Shown: piece after piece, positions 28,334-40,891 of the stretch | Numbering within the stretch: the first letter of the stretch is position 1 | Layout of the letters: each line of letters begins with the position of its first letter | Assembly: GCF_902652985.1 (NCBI RefSeq) | Contig: NC_047033.1 | Coordinates: 17,918,001-17,982,000 of the forward strand | DNA from: Pecten maximus | Lineage: Eukaryota | Reading direction: 5' to 3' | DNA length: 64,000 nucleotides | The notes under the pieces: generated by a model | Told to the model about the DNA's origin: nothing | The model's database searches: none | The model's input: the letters and a program-made list of their open reading frames with translations, nothing else | Made by a program: the position numbers and the translations under genes

Positions 28334-29102
28334 TTGATTAACACCAGGTCTAGCTTGGAGAATGTTAGAGTATTGCTATTTTTGCGACTCCGAACTGTCA
28401 GCATTAAAATGCTTCAGTGACGACTCATTACGGTGACTTGAAATTCTCATAATAGCCCTTGACTCTACTCCCGCGTGCGACAAAACAGTTATTGATGTAG
28501 CCCTAACACATATGGTTGGCGTATGTGTGATTTAGGGATGCGCCACTGGAAACTGTTTTCATTATATTGCTGAGCGTATTTTAAAATTTAATCCTAAATG
28601 TTGTGAAATGAGTTATTAATTTCGCTAAGAGTCGACTTGACGCCATATTGTTTCGATTAGAAACGGGGCGTGGCTTAATCGCGATGGGCGGGGCTTAACA
28701 TGATTGATCATGGTTGTATTGCAGATTAGAACATGGTCTGTAACCAATCAAAACACGCGTTGCAAACGAATCGTGTTAGAATGAAAGATAGAATACATAA
28801 CGTCACGATATGGCGTACATTTGTGAGCCGTTGATAGGGGACCGCGATGAATTCTGGCAGAGATGGTTATACCAAATATATTTCACTGGTGTGGCTAATA
28901 TTTCACATTTTTTAAGTATCAAAATATTAGCAAAACTCGTGAAATATATATTTGGTATTACCGAAAACACTGTTAGATTTATGTATGTGTGGTATGGGTC
29001 AATCAAGTGCGATTACAGGTTGTGGGTCAGTAATGGTAAGTGTGGATTTCCACGCTAGACCATAACAAGACTGACTCACAGCTGGTGATCATGATTAAAG
29101 TA

Positions 29103-29272
29103 NNNNNNNNNNNNNNNNNNNNNNNNNNNNNNNNNNNNNNNNNNNNNNNNNNNNNNNNNNNNNNNNNNNNNNNNNNNNNNNNNNNNNNNNNNNNNNNNNN
29201 NNNNNNNNNNNNNNNNNNNNNNNNNNNNNNNNNNNNNNNNNNNNNNNNNNNNNNNNNNNNNNNNNNNNNNNN
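29103..29272. other. Assembly gap (170 N)
   Basis: Run of n characters. Confidence 1.
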
Positions 29273-29375
29273 GAGATGCAATCAAGTGAGTGACGTAATA
29301 ATTAAATATGTATATATGGTGAGAAAAATTATTTAGGAAGTAATGAATCCAGGGCATTAACCCTGGCAGTGGGTA

Positions 29376-31147
29376 CAGTAAGTAAGTAAATAGTTTATTC
29401 AAGTGTCACATGTTTCAATACAATACATAAAATACAGTTTTCATCACTGAGTTATTAAAACACCCGGCCGATTTCGACCTATGAGACACTGTCATATCAT
29501 CATCTAATAAGAGCTATGCATTAACTAAATTTAAGAAATACATGCTAAAATATTCTAAAGTATTGTCACATTTGCTTACAATATATTACAATTTTAAAAT
29601 GTACAATAAACCTGATCCAATTCATAAAATATTCAACTATGATAAAATCAGATAAATCTGACACAATTTCTAAAATATCTCACCCTTAAAAGCATTGCCG
29701 TCTTCTGTACATTTTATATAAAACAGATGATAATGAGCACTGTAGTGCATTATTATTCATTAAATATATAAGTTTATGTTGGGAGTCAAGCTCAAAAAAA
29801 GTAGGATTAAACACTCCTGCTTGCTCCAACAAAGTATTTCTTAAATCATCGTAAAAATCACAATCAATCAGGAAGTGAGTTTCATCTTCAATATGGTTTG
29901 AACTACATAATCGACAAACTCGTTCTTGTAATGGAGTTTTTGGAACAGTGTACCGACCGGTCTCTATATTCAATTTTAAGTTACCACAGCGAAATTTCGC
30001 TAAACATTTACGGTGGTGCCTACTGATAATCGTGGTGACATAATATTCAGGTGTAACACAATATTTATACTTTCTGTAAGTTCTAAGTTTGTTTCCGTTC
30101 TCATTACCAATATCATTCCATAAATCTCTATACCAGTTTCCTCTATCCTCATTACTTAATACTATTTTAGCAATATTTAAACAATGAATTTTATCAACAT
30201 CATGTATTAAAAAGTCTGTAAGATCACGATCCTGGAGAAATTTCTTAGTTTTGGTTTCCCAACTCTTTGGAGTAGACAGAGACCATGCATGTATCTTATA
30301 CGTTATTCTGTCCATATCTGTACTACGAAGTCTTAGCCACAATCTACACACTTCAAGTTTTTGTTTCACCATACAGGAATCCCAGCCCATGTCGCCACGC
30401 GTTGCGATATTTGATGCGTTTTTTCCACAGCCAAGAAAGTATCTACATGCTCTGTTTTGAACAGTTTGTATAAACTTGTACGTATTTAGGCCCCATATAC
30501 CCGCGCCGTAAAATAAAACAGGCTCAACCAGCGATTCATACAATGATTTAAAAACTGAATATGTCATTCCACCAGCTAGTATAAATTTAGTATATAGGGC
30601 ACATAAAGCTCTACCCGCTGATTTTGAGAGTTCACGTGCAGTAATAGTCATATCAAGGTGTTCAGTGAACCATAGTCCTAGGTACCTATAACGGTCCACG
30701 GTCGAAATGTCAAGGTCGCCACAGGTAAAGCTCACGAGAGATTGAGGCACCGACGGGTTTCTGAAGTGAATCACTTTGGTTTTTGACTGATTAACCTGTA
30801 AGCGCCACTTTCTACACCACTCGCCGAGACTGTCTAACATACGTTGGAGAGAGTGTTCATCCGGGGCCATCAGCGCGATATCATCGGCGTATAGGAGGAG
30901 TGAAATGTAAATGTTATCTACCGGTATGCCACAGTTCAGACCATTTATGTCATGCACAAGGTCATTGATGTATATAGAAAAAAGTGTCGGGGAGATATTA
31001 CAGCCCTGTTTTACCCCTTGTGACACAGTAAACCATTCCGATAGGTGGTTATTAAGTCTCACTGCACATTTAACATCACGATACAAGGCTTGTACTGCTC
31101 CCAACATTTTCCCGGAAATACCAATGGATAGCAGCTTGAACCATGTA
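29376..31147 (-). mobile_element. 5'-truncated LINE (CR1/L2-group non-LTR retrotransposon)
   Basis: RT ORF followed by a 3' UTR ending aataaa...(ttac)n tail at ~29376-29400. Confidence 0.85.
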
Positions 31148-31221
31148 TACATGTATGTATTGTGTAATGTATTATGTAACGACGGTGTGCATATATGTGT
31201 GTATGAATGTGTGTAATACAT
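29686..31221 (-). CDS. LINE ORF2 C-terminal part: reverse transcriptase + C-terminal CCHC zinc knuckle
   Basis: GVKQGCNISPTLFSIYIND, LLYADD, YRYLG, CRLC...EDETHFLIDC. Open and uninterrupted. The first ~25 aa come from flanking low-complexity DNA, so the ATG is not the native start. Confidence 0.92.
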   Translation of the reverse strand: MYYTHSYTHICTPSLHNTLHNTYMYTWFKLLSIGISGKMLGAVQALYRDVKCAVRLNNHLSEWFTVSQGVKQGCNISPTLFSIYINDLVHDINGLNCGIPVDNIYISLLLYADDIALMAPDEHSLQRMLDSLGEWCRKWRLQVNQSKTKVIHFRNPSVPQSLVSFTCGDLDISTVDRYRYLGLWFTEHLDMTITARELSKSAGRALCALYTKFILAGGMTYSVFKSLYESLVEPVLFYGAGIWGLNTYKFIQTVQNRACRYFLGCGKNASNIATRGDMGWDSCMVKQKLEVCRLWLRLRSTDMDRITYKIHAWSLSTPKSWETKTKKFLQDRDLTDFLIHDVDKIHCLNIAKIVLSNEDRGNWYRDLWNDIGNENGNKLRTYRKYKYCVTPEYYVTTIISRHHRKCLAKFRCGNLKLNIETGRYTVPKTPLQERVCRLCSSNHIEDETHFLIDCDFYDDLRNTLLEQAGVFNPTFFELDSQHKLIYLMNNNALQCSLSSVLYKMYRRRQCF

Positions 31222-31994
31222 TGAATGAAAATAAAGTGTAAATGAATGTAAGGTGATGAATGAGAGCCCTCTTGCACGAGGACATATTTGTCAGGATACT
31301 GAATCCAGGGCCTCAACCCTGGCAGCAGTCCAAATTGTTAAATGTTCTGGGGCAATAAAATTTCTTGTACCTTAAAAAAAGACACTGTTAGATAGCCTCT
31401 ATATATTTGCGTGTATTAATCTTAAAAGTCATCTTAAATATTTCAATTTTTACTTCATGCTGGGAACTACAATTGTCATTGCATCTTAATGTACATTTAC
31501 TTTATATTCAAATCAATAAAATCATATCCCCAGGGCATCTGCGTATACATCAGGATGGAACGTATTAAAGTGTCAATGGGAAATGCCACACCTAGCCATA
31601 AAAGTTTTAATTTTAAAATCAGACACGATTTCTTATTCTTGTTTTTGAAAGAGTTACCTTCAAATCTTGGAATGCTCTATGTATTCTACCTTTTCGAGTA
31701 TCAAATGATTAAATCTCAATTTATGTAGTGTTAACTAATTATCGCTATTTGCCTCGTTGAAATTGTACTCCTTAGTTTTAATATGTCAGTTTCTGAAAAA
31801 GAGGAGAGGATATTTAAGATTCTATTTCGTAACTTTTTAAAATTTACATGTAAATATTGCTTGCATTAAACAAATCAACCATTTGTCGATAAATAAGATA
31901 TTTTCGGAGATAGGCGTAAAATACATATTTTGATACTTTCTTAACTTGATAAAACATATCTTAATAAATTCCAAAAAGAATGCAACGAGACGTA

Positions 31995-32957
31995 CTGTAA
32001 ATCACTTATATTTCGCGGGTACTTAATTTCGCGAACTCACCTTTGACTTATTCGCGAATACATTATTTCGCGAATTCTGATCTCAAAATGACTTTAAATT
32101 CGCGAATGATGTTTACAGGTCGGCGATATTTTCATGTTGGTAGCCATTTTGTTTATGAGAGTCATGAGACGGTACAAGAAAAGTCATGTGATTCAATCAT
32201 GTGATATCGGTGTCTGGACATACTGAATTGTATTTACCGTACCTGTATACATGCTAAATGGCTTACAAAGGCAGTGTCAGACATTGAACAAAACCCACGG
32301 CTCATTAAGAATGCCTGGACGATGACGGGACTACAATAGGTTTTGAGTTAACGTACATTGTAATTAACGTACGTGTGTATACAGTGATACCGATGAACAG
32401 TTCTCGGGACAGTCTATTGCGAATGATTTATACTCCAGGCGATTATTTGCTCTGAATGTTTGAATTAAATAACTAATTTGTTTGATTTCAACTTTGTTAT
32501 GGTAAATATCTTTTCGAGAATCAAGCGATGTGAAGTGCTATATACATGAAACCTTACATAACTTACAACAGCGTGGGTAATAAAGTAGGACGTATTCCGG
32601 GTGACCATCCAGGATCCTCGAGACCGTACCTATTGTACTTAAATTAACTACATGTAAAACGTCGTCTAGAAGTTAATTAAGTCCGAGTTCAACCACAATA
32701 TCAGTGTTCAGTGGCGTTTTTTATGTGTGAAATTTTGGTGTTTTGCGATATAAAAACACACTCTGATATAAGTATATAATCTATCACTCTATTATTACTT
32801 TAACGGCAACTAAAGATTACGGTAGATTCAAAATGGACGCCACTTAGTATTTTTGTCATTCTTATACAAATATTCGCGAGGGATTTGAATTCGCATTTGA
32901 CTCTCCTCGCGAATTAACGCGAAAATAAATCCCACGCGAAATATAAGTGATTTACAG
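31995..32957 (+). mobile_element. pogo/Tc1-mariner-family MITE with DDE-1 transposase tail
   Basis: Perfect 23-bp TIR CTGTAAATCACTTATATTTCGCG, TA flanks. Internal remnant IHAKWLTKAVSDIEQNPRLIKNAWTMTGLQ at ~32245-32340. Confidence 0.85.
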
Positions 32958-33949
32958 TATTACATTTGATCACAATATCTTTGATAATCCAACAAAACAT
33001 CAGCCATTTAAAAAATGTTGAAAGTTGACACAAAAACTACCGGTCTACATGCTACATGTTAAACATCATTGAATAATATTGTTAGCATCATATTTTATTA
33101 GAGTATAAAGTCAAAATGATAATAGTTCAAAAATAAAAATTATATATCAATAGAAAAATAAACATCATACATACAAATCTTAAAAATTATGACACTGTAG
33201 CAATTTTAAACGCCTATCACACTTTCCATAAATAAGCATAAATAATACAGCTATAATGATGTAGTAATGATGCGCGTATAAATGTAGTCCAGTAATAGAG
33301 TATTTATTTTAGTTATGCTGTCTTTAAAAAACACGAGAAAACGATTGAATTGATTTAACACAAGTGCCATTGATAGGACAACTTGCAAAATAGTTATTAT
33401 GGAATCGTATGTTGGTGAAGGTTCTTTCTGTCAGAATCATCCAATTAGGAATATATTTTGTGAAACTAATAACGACGTTTTATAGGTCTTTAATTACCCC
33501 TGATGCTGATTAAGCTATTTTTAGAATGAGAACGAAAAACAATGGACAGGACATTATATTTCTTTTTGGATCATGGAAGAATACATTCGTCGTGATGAAC
33601 CCCTTAAGAAACACTCTATGTGACGGATTGACGATTATTCTAAAGATCGTCTGTATTCCTTCTCATTCACGATTACGCAGGTTTCACTATACTAGATCTT
33701 ATTTAGAGAATATAACCTAGATTTGCACGGTGGTTGTCGTCGATTTGGTGTAAAACGCTTACCCTTCCGATGTGATATAGTAGTGTAATAAGTAAAATTG
33801 ATTAATATATAAACTGCCTGACCCTTGTATTTACCTGGCCAAAGTGTTCTTGTACATCAATATGTAATTACCGACCCTTTGACTTTCGTGTGTGCATAGA
33901 GTCAAGCTGGCCAATTATTTCCCTATAAGATCATGTAATAGTTTGATGT

Positions 33950-34035
33950 TTGTTTGTATGTTGTTTGTTTGTTTGTTTGCTTTCGTTTAACGTCATGTTA
34001 ACAGCCAGTGTCATTTAAGGACGCGCCTGGCTTGA
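33950..34035 (-). mobile_element. SINE 3' tail fragment (same family as 51389-51610)
   Basis: Reverse complement gtccttaaatgacactggctgttaac...gacgttaaac(aaac)n matches the 3' end of the 51.4-kb SINE. Confidence 0.6.
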
Positions 34036-34650
34036 TGTAATAGAGTTCAAAAGTTTAAGATGGTACGTGCCAGCAGAATTGGCCTGTTCACATGTATAAA
34101 AGGACCAGCTTATATCTGTTAACTTAGTCGACTACCTTTGAGACTCATGGACTACAGTGAGGCTATTCGCCCAGGATAGTACAGATACGTTAATAAAAGT
34201 ATCAATGATACCAAAAACAGTTCACTATATTATCACGAAATGTTTTGTCTTATTCCACGCATATTACGACAGTGAACTACAGTGAGGACATGCGCACACG
34301 GGACATCCGATTTTCTGGAGATGAGATTCGATTATCTATCTCCATGTCACGTGATGCGTTCAAACTAATTAGTGGCATTGTTACAAATATAAGGTATACT
34401 GATAGAGCGTATTCACTGAATAATCAAGATCAGTAAACAAATAAATGTATCGAGTTTTCTCAAGATTCTAATCGCTTATTCTTATTAATCAATCCGACTT
34501 TTCAAGTTTCTTATAAATTAAATAGTTGTTTGATGTACGCGGTGAAGATCATGGCTCAAGGAGAGACCTTGGATTATTATCAAATGATCAATGTGCCTTG
34601 TCCTTTATTGTCTTTGCGTGGGTGTTTTCATCGATATAATTTCCAACTTC

Positions 34651-37600
34651 TTAGATATTTGTGAATTGGTCAGAAGAGGATGGTGTTTCTTCCATTTCCC
34701 TGTGAAACTGTACCATAGGTAAGGAATCGTCTTCCAAAGAAACCTGTCCGAGAACAAAAGGATTATTTCCATTCTCTTGATGATTTTGTTCCGATGACGT
34801 GTCGTAGATTTCCTGACTGTCCTCTGATGGACGATTGTCTTCACTGTCTAGTAAAAGGGCTTCGTCAGAATTGCTGATGATTTTGGTCTGAAATGAAATT
34901 CAAGTCATCGATTATTTAGGAATGCTAAGAGGGTGTGTAAAAATCATACGAGATAAAGATTCTGCATTTTGCAATTGACAAGATTATTTAGTATCCAGGA
35001 TGATAAAGATGATTTTTTATCGTTAGGTTTTAAATTATTATTTGATTTTCAGCAGGAGAAGTATTTCGAAACTGCATTTACCAGTCTAGGAAAGGACATA
35101 ACTTGTTTTTATTCTTTGACCATGTCAGCAAATCTTTGAAGTTATTTAAATATGTTAACACCAAAACAAATGCTTTGCCAATCGAACCCCTGATTCTTAA
35201 ATTTAAAACATGGGGAAAATTATAATAAAATTATAATGAGGAAAATATTATCTTGATGAGTTTTTTTTCCTTTTTTCCCCTGTCCACTTGATGAGACAAT
35301 CGAATTGCAAAATCTACTTCTTTGTGCATGAAACATTAGTATTTGTGTGTGCATGAACTTTTTGGTTAAGATTGTAGGTTTTCAGAAATTAATATAAGAT
35401 CTACAATGCTTCTCCAAATTGCCATGAAGTGGTTTGTAATAAAATTGGAAGAACAAGGTATATGACCTGTCAGCTGTAGTGCCTTCCTATATCTCAAAAA
35501 GAATGAAATTTCATATTTAGGTGTATTTTGAGAAGCAGGCATTTTACTTGAATTGTTGTTTGTTTTGCAATGCACCAATACTTACACATGTCTATAATAT
35601 CTATTCTGGTAATATCTCTTTATCAAATTGGAGGTTTACTTGTGTGTTTATGGAATGAGTGAGGAAAGTTTGATTAATTTTAAAGTTTGCTTATAAATTT
35701 ACTATACTGACAAAATGGGACAGGCGGACCAAATGATAAAATCCTTGTATTTTGTGTGCTATGAAATTGGTATGAAAAGGAAATGGAGGAATGAATTTTC
35801 AAGACTGACACCAAGCTCTGTTCAATTGCTGAGGCAGTAATGTCGTATTACCTTAAATCAACTTACTTGCAGTGAAGGACTCCTACACTTGATAATACTG
35901 CAAACACACGCGAGCAAGATGATGCTGATAGCCATTAGAACAAATCCAGCAATCATGGTACCAGCTGTCAGTGATATGCAGTTCTTTTTTGACGCATCAA
36001 GGAATGAGTGTGGGGGACATCTGTGTACACATTGGTCATAAAAGATCAGCAGATTCGTCGATTTTTCACATTCTGATTTCAGCATACATGTATTATTGTA
36101 TATAAGCAACGATCCTGTACATGTTTTAACACAATATGTACTGAAGAGGCGTTCCGTTCTGTATGGATGTGAAGTTGGACAGTGTTTAACACAGGTTTTA
36201 TTGTCCTCAAGAATTAACTTGTCGTCACTACAAAAGATGACACATTTCTTTCCATCCGTATACTTAGAAGCTGGGCATTTATCATGACATTTTGCATCGT
36301 TCGGACGGTTTTCTGTAAATGGGTGTGTCGCTGGGCAGTAATCCACACACCGGTCATTTACATAAAACTTTCTGCATTTGGTAACACAGTTAAAGTTTGC
36401 AACAAATTGTCCTTTCACACACGCCTTTCGACATATTTTCCCTTGTGGTGATTGCTCAACATATCTATATTCGCGAGGGCAATACAAGGAATTAATACAC
36501 TTGGAGTTTATTATTACTTTTTCATCGGAGCAGGAGGAAACACAGGTGTTATTTTCCTGTACAAAGGGACCAATGCACGTATTACTACAGATATTTGCTT
36601 TCTGTAGTGGTGACCACAGTTTCAGGGCCTCCGGACACGCTTTTGTACACACGTTATTTACCAGGAACCGCGAATCTGATGGACAGCTCTGAATACATGT
36701 GTTGTTTGATATGACATATGGATCTGGACAATCCTTTAGACATTGTTTTGTTCGAGGATGGAAGAATTTGTGTTTAGAATCGCATTTACCCAAACAGGTT
36801 TGTCCATTCAAAAACTGCTTCGATACCGGGCACTTCTGTAAACATTGATCTCCAGAAATAAAGTGTGGCTTAGAACATGTCTTCTCGCACCGGAACAGAT
36901 TTTTCTTGATTGAATATAAAAACCGAAATTTGTGTGTTGTAGGACATTGATGTAAGCAGGAAAGGTTACCACGGAAAGAGACGAACTTTTTCGGACAACC
37001 ATTGAAACATTTATCATCTAATGAATACGTATTTCCCGGACACTCATTGACGCAGTGACGAATCAAATTCCCGCCTGTTTCTCCATAGTATATAAATCTG
37101 TGTGACTGCGGACAACTGTTGAGGCATGAGGAGTTGAATGAGAACATTGGACAGTGGTCAGTACATCGATCATTCAAGGAGGAGGCTTTAACATCTTTGC
37201 AGCTATTAACACATTGGAAGAGATATTGGAATCTTCGAGCAGTGAAGTTATATCTGTGTGACAATGGACATTTATCCACACATGTTCCATTGAAATAAAT
37301 CGTGAAATCAGGACACCTTATAACACACGTACCATTAAATTCCAATCTGTCAGAATAGCTAATGTTACTCCTACAGGTGTTAACACAGTGTCTAGGAGGC
37401 CGGGAGAGATGCAATGCATGCGTCGATGGACATTTATATTGGCAGGTTTTGTTGAATAGGAACGGTGCTTGCTTTGGACACGAAATGAAACAAGAACCAT
37501 TATAGATAACGGAATCAGTAGGACAGGTCGTAACACATTTCTGCTCATAACCAAACCTGCTAACATTGGAACAGTTTTCAACACATGTTTTATTGTATGC

Positions 37601-40600
37601 GAACAGATTTGATGGGCATGCATAACGGCACGTCATATTATAAAGATAAGGTTTTGGCAACACACATACTTTCAGGCATGCGTTTACTGCGTATGCAAAA
37701 TTTACGATATTAACTACTTTTGTCCCTCTGTACGGATGGGTTTTTGGACAGTTGTGGATACACGAACCGTTAAAAGCAAACAGCGAAGTAGGACAACGTG
37801 TTGAACATTCTCCTTGGAACAAAACGTGTGTATCAGGACATACATCGACACATTTATCATTGAGAATGTTATATCCAGATGGGCAGCTTTCAACACATAG
37901 TCCATGGTATGTATATCCAGCATTCGTAGGACAGCGCCTTAGACACGATGTGTCATTATACGCCACGAAATTTGATGGACAAGTCGAAATACACATTTGT
38001 TGATGGACAAATTTATGTGATTCCGGACATTGTTGAACGCATCTCCGATCATAGATTTTCATTCCCATTATACATCTGTCAACACATGTTCTTCCATCGA
38101 TATACGTTCGATCGGGGCAGAAGGGTAGACAAATGGGTTTTTTATAATGAAAAAATCGCCTCGACAGCACATAAACAAATGGCATAGAGTTCGGGCATTG
38201 TCGAACACACGACCTATTCGACAGGAAGTCTAACCCTCGAGGACATTGGATATGACATATACTGCCGTTAATATTGGTGAACGCTGGACATCTATCTAAA
38301 CAAACATGAGTTTTCCATATCATCATCCCGTACTTGTCTTCTGAAAGACAGGAATCGACACAATGTGTATCAGTTCTATACTTGTCTGGAGGGCACGCTT
38401 TGACGCATGCATTTCCGGAAAGAACATTCCACTTAGAACAATTTATAACACAATGATTATTTTCAGTGTAAGGATACATTTGAGGACAAGTTGATACACA
38501 AGTGTTGTTGAAAATGATAGGATTAAAGTTTGAGCAAGTGTAAACACAGGAAAACTCTTCGCTTAACATACCCTCTGGACAAGTAGTCTCGCATCGGTAT
38601 TCATCACAAAAAGGTTTCTCCTTAGGACAAAATCCGTTCTGGCAAAGCAAATTTTCTTTGGTGTTGTTACGTTCAGAAGGAGTTGAATTGTTTTTCTTTA
38701 CACAATAGCCATATACCTCCTCGTAGCCAATAGGACAAAAAGCAAGACACACATTTTGAAACAGAAAAGGTGCAAATCCTGGACATGTCTCCGTGCAATT
38801 AGATGAAAACTCAATCTGGAAGGCATTTTCCGGACATTCTGCTAGTGTGTGACCTTTGTAACGGAATAGCGCATTGTCTTTTAAATCACCTGGGTGTTGC
38901 TGTGAATATATAAACGTAAAGCAATACTTAATTTTCTTTTCGTTGATCCATTTTCTATTCTCTAGTTAAGAACGTGACAATGAAAAAATAAGAAAGAAAC
39001 AATTGTTATGTATCCGCCTGATTTTTAATCCTGACAGAAAATATTTCAGAACTCATGTTTACAACACAGAAGTTGTCATATTGAATGGCATTGCCGCTGC
39101 AATCTACGTTACCATTATTTGTGCTATTTGCAAATAAACGCACAAACGAGAGACAAATTTCGTTGAAACAGAAAATCTCAATGCTGACATTTTTCCAGGT
39201 TGTCTCTGATATTCCAAATGATCTAAATTCGAAAAAAAGTCATTAAACACTTTATGCAGTAATTGGCAGATACATGTATATATGTAATAGGAGTGGGAAA
39301 ATGCACGGCCAGACCGGGGTTCGAACCCGGGACCTCCGAACACTAGCCGGATGCTCTACCGATTGAGCTACCTGGTCGCCGATGATCGACCCAGTCCAGT
39401 TCCGCTACATATACACATGATAATGACATATGTTTTACTTCATTATTCAGTAATGGATAGTACTTGGTGCCCTGAATAGTAATGGTAGTGTAGATTGTAT
39501 GCATCACTAACGCAGAAAAAACTGTATTAGTATTTCAATATCGGTTTCAAAAATGAAAATATGTTATATACAGGATCATGCAATCTACGTCACAAATCTT
39601 TCTATCTACATTATCATAAGAAACTAACTGAGTGGTAGTCCATTTTAAAAAATAATATCAATTCAATGTATATTTCTTGCCGAGTAAAGTTAATTTTGCG
39701 AAAGGCAAATATTTTTTTCTATTTCCTCTTAAACGACGTGTACGTACATTACATCAGCAATCATCTTGACTTACAGGAAAGACGTCCAACATGTTTGTAA
39801 AAGAATATGACAAACCAGTCATCGCAAAGAATGTAACCAATAAATGAGAAACATATCTTAAATATGGGTTTCCTGATAGATATGGTATAATCAGTATGCA
39901 GAATAATGATCGTTCAGTTGTAAACGAGAAGTGGCAAGTTGAGCAGTATTGACATGTAACATTTTTCATGATTTCAACAACAAAACTAACATATGATAAA
40001 ATTCATGTCACAAAAGCACTATTTCATATGTTAACTCACTTGTAATTCTACAACTCCAAATTGAATATATTCCTTTAAGCTGGTGTTTACTTACCTGTAT
40101 GAAAGTTGATATATTTTATGTTACGTAATAAAGTAGTTCTGTAAAAAACACTAATTGCGTATTTGATAGTCCCCCCCTATGATTGGTAGAATATTGTTTT
40201 ATATGTGTATTTCTGTGTATTTTTCTTATTCACGACATTGATTAATTATATGCATTACCCCCGAAAGCAAAATTTAACCAGCTCAAGGTGAAAAGATGAG
40301 TTATACTCTCAACTTTAAAATTACACCTTCCTTTAAAATGCCCTCGCAATAGAAAACTCTTGCTATGGAGAACAGCACCAATAACATTTCTCTCAATATG
40401 TATACGTCCCACTCTTTGATAATATTGTTCCTTGTAGTGGAATTCAGTTCGACGACTGTAATCCCAACTACAAACGTAATGCAGGTATTCTGTAATGTTT
40501 TTCGAAAGAAAATATGCACACATAATGTTTCATATACAGGTGGGTTTTAAAGATAAACAATACACCCTTTAATGATATGTCTATGCACCAATCAGTGTGT

Positions 40601-40881
40601 ACACATACGTGTCGATGACCCTTATAGCACATAAAACACAATATTATATGCGCACCCGGTATTGCGGAGTACAGTACTATATTGAAATTTGTGTATTCAC
40701 CATGAACGGAGGACTGGCCACAAAAGTAGGCGATAGATAATACAGGTAAGAATATTTTAACTTTGTTTACAAACGATTCTCTATAGTTATATTACTTAAT
40801 CATTAAGTGTATGCGTGAACTTACCTGTGTAAACATAAACGTTATCATGACAACGATCACTTGGAGTTGGCTTCTATCCAT
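34651..40881 (-). CDS. Type I membrane protein with long furin-like cysteine-rich repeat ectodomain (PCSK5-like repeats, no protease domain), ~1160 aa
   Basis: Main exon 38899-35867 (3033 nt, phase 0/0, contains ORF 35858..38752; dozens of C-x3-CP units; TM MIAGFVLMAISIILLACVCSII). Last exon 34887-34651 (TKIISNSDEALLL...FTNI*). Proposed, less certain 5' exons: 40881-40825 (MDRSQLQVIVVMITFMFTQ), 40094-40040, 39872-39775, all phase-compatible. Confidence 0.8.
39283..39409 (-). mobile_element. 127-bp solo LTR containing a tRNA-like sequence (Helenus-type TRIM)
   Basis: TGTA...TACA termini, 4-bp TSD TATA (39279-39282, 39410-39413). tRNA-like core 39377-39306 with A box tagctcaatcggtagagc, B box ggttcgaacc and AGT anticodon loop. 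Confidence 0.7.
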
Positions 40882-40891
40882 GATCATTACT

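Noticed and set aside
29340-29372. SECIS-like hairpin (atga...aa)
   Set aside because: Lacks the 3' GA of the kink-turn quartet and correct spacing; more like a retroelement 3' stem-loop.
29027-29402. ORFs spanning X runs
   Set aside because: Artefacts of the 170-N gap.
35858-38752. PCSK5/furin ortholog
   Set aside because: Only the cysteine-rich repeats are present; no subtilisin or P domain in the window.
39306-39377. Functional tRNA-Thr(AGT) gene
   Set aside because: Acceptor-stem mismatch, and it is embedded in a TG...CA element with a TSD; better explained as a mobile element.
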